In this document: positions 10,743-19,040 of the stretch, piece after piece
Layout of the letters: each line of letters begins with the position of its first letter
How positions within the stretch are numbered: position 1 is the stretch's first letter
DNA from: an uncultured Flavobacteriales bacterium
Lineage (GTDB): Bacteria > Bacteroidota > Bacteroidia > Flavobacteriales_D > Sanyastnellaceae
NCBI GenBank assembly: GCA_963934745.1
Contig: CAWVZZ010000001.1
Location: forward strand, 1 to 49,275
Direction of reading: 5' to 3'
DNA length: 49,275 nt
Program-made: the position numbers and the translations under genes
The notes under the pieces: model-generated
Database searches by the model: none
Seen by the model: only the letters and a program-made list of their open reading frames with translations
Told to the model about the DNA's origin: nothing

Positions 10743-10750
10743 TACTTTTG
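10743..10750 (+). promoter_or_regulatory. Candidate -7 box (TACTTTTG) for the DUF4249 gene
   Basis: Perfect TAnnTTTG match, followed by TATT and then ATG at 10755. Confidence 0.4.
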
Positions 10751-10754
10751 TATT

Positions 10755-11750
10755 ATGATTACACCTATTTGTAAAGCTCTTGTCATTAAGCCTCTGACTA
10801 TCCTATTATTGAGTGTGTTGGCGCTAAGTATAGGCTGCACGAAAATCATAGAAATTGACATTCCAGATGCTGACCCTATGCTCGTGGTAGAGGGTAGTAT
10901 AAGGAATGGAGAGATGCCATTTATTTTGTTGAGTGAGTCACAGGGGTATTTCACACCCATAGGGAATCCATTAGATGGTTTCTATTTAGGCGGAGCTCAT
11001 GTTACTGTTTCTGTCGATGGTGAGACATATGAACTTGATGAAATATGCACTTCGGATTTGCCATTGGAACAGTTAGAATTAATTGCAGCAGGAATAGGAG
11101 TAAGTGTTCAGTCACTTACGATGTTTCCTCTCTGTGCCTACACCTCTCTGACAGAAGTTAACCTGATAGGAGCAGAAGGCAAGGTTTACGATTTACATGT
11201 GGTTCTCGATGACTATGAGATTAATGCTACCTCGAAGTTAAATGTAATAGTGCCATTAGAAGAAACGTTTTTTTTCGTCCCAGCCACAGCTGACCAGGAT
11301 AGCCTAGGATACATTAGCAATACCTACACAGACCCTGACACTTTAGGTAACTCTTACCGATGGTCTTCAATGCGAATTAACCAATATCCGCAATGGCACG
11401 AGCTAGCGGGGATGAAGAAGGATGCCGCATTCATTTACCCACTGGGTTCTCCATGGGATGATAGCTTTATTAATGGACAGCAATTCACCTTTTCTATGTT
11501 TCGTTCTCCTTCAGAGTTCGACGCTCATACTGCAGAATATGGTTTTTGGAAAACAGGTGATACTGTTCTTGTGAGACTTGAGTCCATAGATCAAGTAGCT
11601 TTTGATGCGGTAATGAGTTTCGAATCTGCCTACTCTGCTCAGGGTAATCCATTTGCTCCACCCACGAATGTGTTGTCAAACATCGAAGGAGGTTTAGGAT
11701 GGTGGATAGCTTATGGTGCTTCCGTTGACACAGTTTTCTGTGGACTTTAA
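10755..11750 (+). CDS. DUF4249 family lipoprotein
   Basis: Start moved to the internal Met at 10755 (MITPICKALVIKPLTILLLSVLALSIGC lipobox-like signal). The track start 10623 would overlap nusB by 60 nt. The C-terminal NIEGGLGWWIAYG motif and overall size fit DUF4249. Confidence 0.6.
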   Translation: MITPICKALVIKPLTILLLSVLALSIGCTKIIEIDIPDADPMLVVEGSIRNGEMPFILLSESQGYFTPIGNPLDGFYLGGAHVTVSVDGETYELDEICTSDLPLEQLELIAAGIGVSVQSLTMFPLCAYTSLTEVNLIGAEGKVYDLHVVLDDYEINATSKLNVIVPLEETFFFVPATADQDSLGYISNTYTDPDTLGNSYRWSSMRINQYPQWHELAGMKKDAAFIYPLGSPWDDSFINGQQFTFSMFRSPSEFDAHTAEYGFWKTGDTVLVRLESIDQVAFDAVMSFESAYSAQGNPFAPPTNVLSNIEGGLGWWIAYGASVDTVFCGL

Positions 11751-11763
11751 CTAACTTGCTCTC

Positions 11764-13371
11764 ATGAATATGACTTTTCGAAACTCATTATTATCCTTTC
11801 TTGTATTAGTTTTAATAAATCAAAACGTCGTCTTTTCTCAAGATGTGAAAACGGAAACGTGGCCAGTTATTAATGTGGCCATTCACGAATCTGGCGCTCA
11901 CGTTTCTCATGCGGGTTTAGTAAGCTTTACGGGTTCTACAATTGAAGTCGAAGTCAAAGGCGTTGCAGCAGATATTCTCGCTTCCACCATACAGATTAAC
12001 CTACAGCCTGGCGTTACCCTTCAGTCTATGCGTTATGAGGTGATAAACCGCAATGGTGTTAGATCCGAGCGGCTTGAAGAGGTAAGCCTCTCCATCGACA
12101 ATCTAGATAAGCGAGTTAGAGTGTTCGAGGTTCAGATTAACACTTTACTTGAAGAGAAACAGTTTCTTAAAGCAAACAGGAAAATAGGTTCACATCAAGA
12201 GGTGCTGCTAGTTGATGATGTGATTGAAATGGCTGACTTTTTAAGAGAGCGTAACCAGGAAATAGGTTTAGAAATACTTGAGGCGGAAATTACCGTAAAG
12301 ATTATTAAAGAGGAACTAAGTAGCTTACTCGTGATTAAAAACGAGTTGCTAAGTTTGGATGCAGATAAAGAAGGGGTGGTACATATGATACTCACTAATG
12401 TTGCCGCTAAACCAAAGTCGTCTCTTATTACTCTTAGCTACTTAACTAAATCGGCAAGCTGGTCGCCAGAGTACGAGGTGAATTATGTGGGCTCTTCTGT
12501 GGTTTTTCAACGTAATGCTGTCGTGGTTCAATCTTCTGGAGTTGACTGGCAGGGAGCTGATATAGTGTTAGTGAGTGGAAAACCATCCGGTTCACTAAGC
12601 CCGTCAGATTTTGAGGACTGGGTAGTTTCCACAAATACTCAATCGAAAATATCAAATCGAGGGGCTAGGTCGAATAGTACGTTTGTATATATTGATGAGA
12701 TGCACATGAAGGAAGTGTCTGATGAAGTGGAGTTCGAGGATGACACTTTCGCAGGATCAGCTCGTTATCATTTCACAGTTAAGCCTAATACCATAGTTAA
12801 TGGTGATGGCAAGCCGGTTAGAGTTGAAATAAACGAGTTTACACTATCAGGTGATGTGCGCTATTTTGTTGCCCCTTCTGTTAGTTCTGAGGGGTACGCA
12901 ACAGTTAGATGTCCAGACTGGTTAGGGAAAGATTTGATGAGTGGCTGGGCCCAAGTTGTATCGGGTAATTCTTATCTAGGTAGTTTTTTCATGGAATTAC
13001 CCACTGTTGGCGATACATTAATCCTGCCGTTGGGTGCTAATCCTCATGTCCTTTGCTCTAGAGAGCTTAAAACTGAGGAAAGTAAATCGTCTGTTTTTGC
13101 TGGTAAGAAGACTGTAGTCCAAACCTGGGAGCTGACCGTAGAAAACGACAGTGACGACCACATAAGTGTAGATCTAGTTGACAAATTTCCACGAACGCTT
13201 ACTAGAAAGTCAGATGTAATTCTTACAGTAGTGGCTTCAGAAGGCGGGGTAGTAGACAACATCAACCACGAAGTGGTTTTCGCTCTTGACTTAATGCCAT
13301 TTGAGAAGAAGGTTGTCACAGTTGTAATTACTGCGAAATATCCGTCTTCAGCTAGGATTAATAATTTCTAA
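11764..13371 (+). CDS. DUF4139 (plus DUF4140) domain protein, MuiA-like family
   Basis: 535 aa. Signal peptide, N-terminal beta-rich segment, central coiled-coil-like segment (LEEKQFLKANRK...), then TKSASWSPEYEV, the motif I associate with DUF4139. Confidence 0.6.
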   Translation: MNMTFRNSLLSFLVLVLINQNVVFSQDVKTETWPVINVAIHESGAHVSHAGLVSFTGSTIEVEVKGVAADILASTIQINLQPGVTLQSMRYEVINRNGVRSERLEEVSLSIDNLDKRVRVFEVQINTLLEEKQFLKANRKIGSHQEVLLVDDVIEMADFLRERNQEIGLEILEAEITVKIIKEELSSLLVIKNELLSLDADKEGVVHMILTNVAAKPKSSLITLSYLTKSASWSPEYEVNYVGSSVVFQRNAVVVQSSGVDWQGADIVLVSGKPSGSLSPSDFEDWVVSTNTQSKISNRGARSNSTFVYIDEMHMKEVSDEVEFEDDTFAGSARYHFTVKPNTIVNGDGKPVRVEINEFTLSGDVRYFVAPSVSSEGYATVRCPDWLGKDLMSGWAQVVSGNSYLGSFFMELPTVGDTLILPLGANPHVLCSRELKTEESKSSVFAGKKTVVQTWELTVENDSDDHISVDLVDKFPRTLTRKSDVILTVVASEGGVVDNINHEVVFALDLMPFEKKVVTVVITAKYPSSARINNF

Positions 13372-14436
13372 TATCCGTTTCGCAACTTCTTTAGAAGCGC
13401 CACTATTACCAAGTATCTGTCTAATCTCCCCGAATCCTTTTAGTTGGTGAGATGGTGCTTTAGCAATGGACTTAAGGCAAGATGTGATGTTCCCTGATGT
13501 GCATTCATCCTGAATCAATTCGGGCACGAGCTCTCTGTCGAGAATCAAGTTAGGCAATCCAATATATTTCACTTTTACAACAGCTTTAGCCGCGACATAT
13601 GTCAGCTTGCTCGTCTTATACACCAAAACATGCGGTGTGTCAAGCAGCGCCGCCTCAAGTGTAGCAGTACCTGATGCGATGAGAGCAATCTCTGCCCCGG
13701 AAAGCAGGTCCCTTGTATCCCCAAATATTACTTCAACTCCTTGATCGTTTGCGGCTTTATAGTCCTGCGGCTCTAATCCCGGCGCCCCAGCTATAACTGC
13801 ACTAAACCCTTCCATCTCCGCTGCAACCTCCAGCATAACCGGAAGCATCTTCTTAATCTCCTGCTTTCTCGACCCAGGAAGCAACGCTAAAACCTTAGTC
13901 TCAGCTGGTGGCTTTTTCACATCGTCTATGGAATCTAAAAGAGGGTGCCCGCAGTAAATAGAATTCACACCACCTCTCTTAAGCAGTATATCCTCAAAAG
14001 GAAGGATAGGAAAGACTGCCGTGTAGTTTTCTGCTAACTGCTTAATCCTACCAGCCTTCCATGCCCAAATCTTAGGTGCAACGAATTGAAATGTATTTAT
14101 CCCTTTTTTATGTGCCTTCTTAGCAATTCTCATATTAAATCCAGGGAAGTCCACAAGTATTAACGCGTCAGGGTTATACGCATCAATTTCTTTCCAACAT
14201 CTATTCAAATTTCCGGTGATCTTTTTAAGATTCACAATGACCTCATAAAGCCCCATATACGCTAGATCTCTATAGTGCTGTGTTACTCCCACTCCAGCCG
14301 CAGTCATTTCTGCGCCTCCCCATCCCTGAATTTCCACGTTGTCTAGCAGTGCTAATTCCCTAGCAACTAGAGCGCCATAAATATCTCCAGAAGCTTCGCC
14401 GGCAACGATAAATATTTTTTTCTTTCGGCTAGACAT
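13348..14436 (-). CDS. lpxB: Lipid-A-disaccharide synthase
   Basis: 362 aa. N-terminal KIFIVAGEASGDIYGA and DFPGFNMRIAKKAHKKGI are typical LpxB motifs. Confidence 0.92.
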   Translation of the reverse strand: MSSRKKKIFIVAGEASGDIYGALVARELALLDNVEIQGWGGAEMTAAGVGVTQHYRDLAYMGLYEVIVNLKKITGNLNRCWKEIDAYNPDALILVDFPGFNMRIAKKAHKKGINTFQFVAPKIWAWKAGRIKQLAENYTAVFPILPFEDILLKRGGVNSIYCGHPLLDSIDDVKKPPAETKVLALLPGSRKQEIKKMLPVMLEVAAEMEGFSAVIAGAPGLEPQDYKAANDQGVEVIFGDTRDLLSGAEIALIASGTATLEAALLDTPHVLVYKTSKLTYVAAKAVVKVKYIGLPNLILDRELVPELIQDECTSGNITSCLKSIAKAPSHQLKGFGEIRQILGNSGASKEVAKRILEIINPS

Positions 14437-14445
14437 CAGTATCCT

Positions 14446-14754
14446 CTATGATATGCCTGCTTGCATCTGTAGCCAAATAACTAATGGAACAGAAACCATT
14501 ATAATCATCATAATACCCTTGCAGAATTTCATCATATCTAGTTTAATTCCGATAAAAAAGATGAGGATGTTTGCCAACGTACTTATTGTAATGAAGTTAT
14601 CCGTAACCATTGCGTAGGTAGAAAGGTTAGCGAAATATATCAGGCTATGACCAGATGACAACGACCAATACACCCCGAATATCAGAAGACCTAAAAAGCC
14701 TCCGATTATCCCCGAAATCAAACCTCCGACAATAGTATCTAGTTTCTCTCTCAT
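14446..14754 (-). CDS. Small integral membrane protein, function unknown
   Basis: 102 aa with 3-4 predicted hydrophobic helices. Its start overlaps the surE stop by 4 nt (ATGA-type coupling) and it ends 9 nt before lpxB, which supports real co-transcribed coding sequence. I recognise no family. Confidence 0.55.
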   Translation of the reverse strand: MREKLDTIVGGLISGIIGGFLGLLIFGVYWSLSSGHSLIYFANLSTYAMVTDNFITISTLANILIFFIGIKLDMMKFCKGIMMIIMVSVPLVIWLQMQAGIS

Positions 14755-15530
14755 TTATCATCCATATTAAGACCCCAAGAATTTATTTCTGAAATTACTT
14801 TATGAGCTGTTAGATCAAACTGTGTAGGAACTATCGAAGCATAACCCATTGCAAGCGCATGTTCATCGGTGTCCTGTCCCTTATCATTATTAGTAAAAGT
14901 CCCTTTAAGTAAGTAGTAAACTTCTTTGTTCGGCGCGATCCTTTCATCGAATTCATCTTTCCAGTAACCATCGGACTGCCTACAAATCTTCACTCCCTTA
15001 AGCTCTTTCTCTGAGACCTTAGGAATATTCACGTTCAGGCAAACTCCCTTCGGAAGCCCACGTTCAAGTACCTCTTTGCACATCATTCTAGCTACCTTCT
15101 TTGAGGCACTGAAATCTGCATCGGGGTCGTGGTCCAAAAGAGAAAAGCCAATTGATGGGATATTCTCTACAGCTCCCTCTATAGCCGCTCCCATAGTCCC
15201 GGAATAAATAACATTAACAGAGCTGTTACTTCCGTGATTAATACCACTTATTAATAGGTCAGGCTTTCTGTCTAGAATCTTGAAGATAGCCAGCTTCACA
15301 CAGTCTACTGGTGTTCCAGAGGTGCTGTGAGCGGTAACGCCTTCCACAGGAAAGTTGAACTTTTTTATCCTCAGAATATCGTCGATAGTTACTGCATGAC
15401 CCATTCCAGATTGCGGACTGTCAGGTGCCACAACATGAACTTCGCCTAAGTCAGAAACAGCCTCTGCTAGAGCTTCAATCCCGTTAGAGGTAATCCCATC
15501 GTCGTTTATGATTAATATCAGTTTAGGCAC
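14751..15530 (-). CDS. surE: 5'/3'-nucleotidase SurE
   Basis: 259 aa. N-terminal ILIINDDGITSNGIEAL and GINHGSN are SurE signatures. Confidence 0.93.
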   Translation of the reverse strand: MPKLILIINDDGITSNGIEALAEAVSDLGEVHVVAPDSPQSGMGHAVTIDDILRIKKFNFPVEGVTAHSTSGTPVDCVKLAIFKILDRKPDLLISGINHGSNSSVNVIYSGTMGAAIEGAVENIPSIGFSLLDHDPDADFSASKKVARMMCKEVLERGLPKGVCLNVNIPKVSEKELKGVKICRQSDGYWKDEFDERIAPNKEVYYLLKGTFTNNDKGQDTDEHALAMGYASIVPTQFDLTAHKVISEINSWGLNMDDK

Positions 15531-16989
15531 GTTCTGGTATTCTAGTTAATGCTTCAAGGAAGAACCCCCAAAACTTCTGTACAGATGAAATCTGAACACA
15601 TTCGTCTGGGCTATGCGCTCCTCTAATGTTAGGACCGAACGAAGCCATATCCATATCTGGATAGTTAGTGCCTAAAATCCCACACTCAAGTCCGGCATGA
15701 CATGCCATAACCTTCGGGTCTTCGTTATACCTCTCGACGTAAAGAGCTCTTAACATCTCAACTGCGGCTGAAGAGGGGTTAGGTGTCCATCCTGGATAAG
15801 CCCCACCTCTTTTCGTTGTAAGTCCCGCTAAAGTAAATGCGCCTTCAATGGATCTGGCATGATCTAGTTTCTCGGAATCCACAGAGCTGCGATTTAAACA
15901 TTGGATGTTTACTTTTCCATTTTCTACTTCTATTCGAGCGAGATTGTTTGAGGTTTGGACTAACCCCACAATATCCGGACTCATCCTGTGAATACCCACT
16001 GGGCAAGTCTGAATAGCTAGTAATAATGCATTCTGCACATCTTCAGGCAGAGCGTGAGAAGGGCTATCCTGAGTAGTCCAAGTAATATTCAGCCCCGAAT
16101 CAGTAGTCTTGTATTCGGCAGCCAGGTCATTTGCAGTAGCTCTAAGAGCATTCTCCAGGACCTCCATATCCTTATTAGCCAGAACTATTAAGGCATTAGC
16201 TTCACGAGGGATAGCGTTCCTAAGTCCTCCACCATGCATCTCACTTAATCTAAAGTCAACACTTTCAAGAGCTTCTAGAAGAACACGGTTTATTAATTTA
16301 TTCGCGTTAGCAATCCCCTTGTGAATATCCATTCCGCTATGGCCGCCACTAGCTCCTTTTACAACTATATATACCCCAGTATTTCCTTCGCTTATAGTTT
16401 CTTCTGGTGTGTACGTTCCCGACGAGGTTAAGTCTACTCCGCCCGCACATCCGATGCTTATCTCATCATCATCCTCAGTATCTAGATTCAAAAGGATAGA
16501 CGCTTTAAGAAAGCCACCCTTTAGTCCTAGCGCCCCAGTCATTCCAGTCTCCTCATCTATCGTGAAAAGTGCTTCAAGTGGTGGGTGTGGAATGTCGTCA
16601 CTTTCAAGTACAGCTAAGATAGAAGCTACTCCTATTCCGTTGTCGGCGCCTAGCGTAGTTCCCTCTGCTCGTACCCAATCCCCATCAATATACATTTTAA
16701 TGCCTTCAGTCATGAAATCGAACTCGGTATCGTTGTTTTTCTGACAAACCATATCCACGTGGCTTTGCAGAACTACTGTTTGTCGGTTCTCCATGCCTGA
16801 TGTTGCGGGCTTTCTCATTAGGATGTTATCCACATGATCCTGAGTTACTTCGAGGCCGTGTTCTTTCGCCCAAGAGACTAGCCATTCACAAACGCGTTCC
16901 TCGTGTTTTGATGGTCTAGGGATGGCATTTAAGTCGGCAAATCTGTTCCAAAGAGAGCTAGGTTCTAATTTGCGAATAGGTGAAGACAT
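15523..16989 (-). CDS. pepD: Aminoacyl-histidine (Xaa-His) dipeptidase, M20C family
   Basis: 488 aa. Motifs IPRPSKHEERV, LQSHVDMVCQKN, GTTLGADNGIG and FTIDEETGMTGA match PepD. Confidence 0.92.
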   Translation of the reverse strand: MSSPIRKLEPSSLWNRFADLNAIPRPSKHEERVCEWLVSWAKEHGLEVTQDHVDNILMRKPATSGMENRQTVVLQSHVDMVCQKNNDTEFDFMTEGIKMYIDGDWVRAEGTTLGADNGIGVASILAVLESDDIPHPPLEALFTIDEETGMTGALGLKGGFLKASILLNLDTEDDDEISIGCAGGVDLTSSGTYTPEETISEGNTGVYIVVKGASGGHSGMDIHKGIANANKLINRVLLEALESVDFRLSEMHGGGLRNAIPREANALIVLANKDMEVLENALRATANDLAAEYKTTDSGLNITWTTQDSPSHALPEDVQNALLLAIQTCPVGIHRMSPDIVGLVQTSNNLARIEVENGKVNIQCLNRSSVDSEKLDHARSIEGAFTLAGLTTKRGGAYPGWTPNPSSAAVEMLRALYVERYNEDPKVMACHAGLECGILGTNYPDMDMASFGPNIRGAHSPDECVQISSVQKFWGFFLEALTRIPERA

Positions 16990-17125
16990 CGTTGTTTGAG
17001 ATTTTTCTGTTTAGGTTTCGCAAGTTAGTACAGATTCCTCGTTAAAAACGGTTGAATAATTGTGGAAAAAGTAGTGTATTTTCAGTGGATAGTCGATGAC
17101 TGATTACACTAACTTGTGCCTCTTC

Positions 17126-19036
17126 ATGGCAGAACAAATTAGCTATACAGAGGATAACATCAGATCCCTATCGTGGAAGGAGCATATTCGTATGCGCCCC
17201 GGTATGTACATCGGTAAAATCGGCGACGGTAAAGATGCCGATGACGGCATATATGTCCTTCTAAAAGAGGTGATGGATAATAGTGTCGATGAGTTCACTA
17301 TGGGTAATGGAAAAACCATAGAGGTTAAGATTAAGGACGGCCAGGTTAAAGTTCGAGATTATGGTCGCGGTATTCCGCTCGGGAAAGTTGTAGACTGCGT
17401 GTCTAAAATTAATACTGGAGGTAAGTACGATTCTAGAGCATTTAAGAAAACGGTTGGTCTAAATGGAGTAGGTACTAAAGCAGTTAATGCATTGTCTTCA
17501 ACTTTCATTGTAGAGAGTGTTAGATCAGAAGAGTCGAAGACAGCGTCATTCAGCATCGGAGAGCTTATAACCGATGAACCCATTCAAGCATCTGTTAAGA
17601 GAACTGGTACTATTGTCACCTTTACGCCAGATGATGAGCTGTTCAAGTCCTATAAGTACAGGATGGAGCACGTTGAGAAATTATTGTGGAATTACGTATA
17701 TCTTAACACTGGACTATCTATTTACCTAAATGGTGATAAGTTTAAGAGCGACAGAGGTTTACTTGACTTGCTTGAGGCAGGAATGGATGGCACTCCTCGA
17801 TACCCTATCATTCATATTAAGGGTGAGGATATTGAAGTTTCGATCACTCATTCGGATTCTTATGGAGAAGACATTCAGAGTTTTGTAAACGGTCAGTACA
17901 CTCCACAAGGCGGGACGCATCAGGCAGCTTTTAGAGAGGCGTACGTTAAGGTTGTCAGAGATTTTTTCGGTAAAGATTACGATACAGGAGATATCAGGTC
18001 GGGTATAGTATGTGCTGTTAGTGTTAAGGTTGAGGAGCCTGTTTTTGAATCCCAAACGAAAACCAAACTCGGCTCAAGTGATATGGGCCCAAAAGGACCC
18101 ACGCTCAAGACCTTTATGTTCGATTTTCTAAAAAGAGAATTCGACAACTTTCTACATAGAAATCCAGAGACTGCTCAGGCACTACAGGGTAGAATCCTTC
18201 AGAATGAGCGAGAGCGTAAGGATTTGGCAGGTATAAAAAAACTGGCGAGAGCGAGAGCAAAGAAGGCATCCCTTCACAATAAGAAACTGCGCGATTGTAG
18301 AGTTCATTTAAACGATAAAAAAGACAGGAATGAAGATTCGACACTCTTTATTACGGAGGGTGATTCTGCTTCGGGTTCTATCACTAAGGCTAGAGACGTC
18401 GTGTCTCAGGCTGTTTTCTCACTCAAGGGAAAACCCCTCAATTGTCACGGATTAACTAAGAAAATAGTCTACCAAAACGAAGAGTTCAACCTTCTTCAAG
18501 CCGCACTAAATATTGAAGATAATCTAGAGCAGCTACGTTATAACAAGGTCGTGATTGCAACAGATGCCGATGTTGACGGCATGCATATTCGCTTATTGCT
18601 AATCACCTTCTTTCTACAGTTTTTCCCCGATCTAGTTAAGAAGGGTCACCTGTATGTCCTTCAAACTCCATTGTTTAGAGTTAGGAATAAGAAAGAGACT
18701 ATATACTGTTACGACTCCATAGAAAAGAAAGCTGCGCTTGAGAAAATCGGTGTAAGAGCTGAGATAACTAGATTCAAGGGTCTAGGAGAGATCAGCCCTG
18801 ATGAGTTCTCTCACTTTATAGGAGAAGACATGAGGATCGATCCTGTCGTGTTAGGCCGCGATGCGAACCTCCAAGACATGTTAGATTTCTTTATGGGTAA
18901 GAACACGCCAGACAGGCAGAAGTTCATCATCGATAATCTTAGAGTTGACAAAGATGATGCTATTCAAGCCGATACAGATGACGCCACTAGCGTTGTAGAA
19001 GAGGAATCGTCAACAGAATCAGTAGAACAAGCTTAG
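17126..19036 (+). CDS. parE: DNA topoisomerase IV subunit B (type IIA topoisomerase ATPase/TOPRIM subunit)
   Basis: Motifs [41 protein letters not shown] and [12 protein letters not shown]. It sits directly upstream (4-nt gap) of the A subunit. I prefer the start at Met 17126 ([13 protein letters not shown]...); the track start 17096 is an alternative. The parE versus gyrB call rests on size (about 640 aa) and the pairing with a ParC-like partner. Confidence 0.85.
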   Translation: MAEQISYTEDNIRSLSWKEHIRMRPGMYIGKIGDGKDADDGIYVLLKEVMDNSVDEFTMGNGKTIEVKIKDGQVKVRDYGRGIPLGKVVDCVSKINTGGKYDSRAFKKTVGLNGVGTKAVNALSSTFIVESVRSEESKTASFSIGELITDEPIQASVKRTGTIVTFTPDDELFKSYKYRMEHVEKLLWNYVYLNTGLSIYLNGDKFKSDRGLLDLLEAGMDGTPRYPIIHIKGEDIEVSITHSDSYGEDIQSFVNGQYTPQGGTHQAAFREAYVKVVRDFFGKDYDTGDIRSGIVCAVSVKVEEPVFESQTKTKLGSSDMGPKGPTLKTFMFDFLKREFDNFLHRNPETAQALQGRILQNERERKDLAGIKKLARARAKKASLHNKKLRDCRVHLNDKKDRNEDSTLFITEGDSASGSITKARDVVSQAVFSLKGKPLNCHGLTKKIVYQNEEFNLLQAALNIEDNLEQLRYNKVVIATDADVDGMHIRLLLITFFLQFFPDLVKKGHLYVLQTPLFRVRNKKETIYCYDSIEKKAALEKIGVRAEITRFKGLGEISPDEFSHFIGEDMRIDPVVLGRDANLQDMLDFFMGKNTPDRQKFIIDNLRVDKDDAIQADTDDATSVVEEESSTESVEQA

Positions 19037-19040
19037 AGGT

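Noticed and set aside
10623-10754. Upstream extensions of track ORFs: DUF4249 from 10623, nqrC from 36255, apbE from 39702, the lectin gene to 26773, the T9SS cargo to 3936, parE from 17096
   Set aside because: Each extension overlaps the neighbouring gene or precedes an internal Met that begins an obvious signal peptide, TM anchor or conserved N-terminus. I preferred the shorter starts. parE and apbE remain truly ambiguous.
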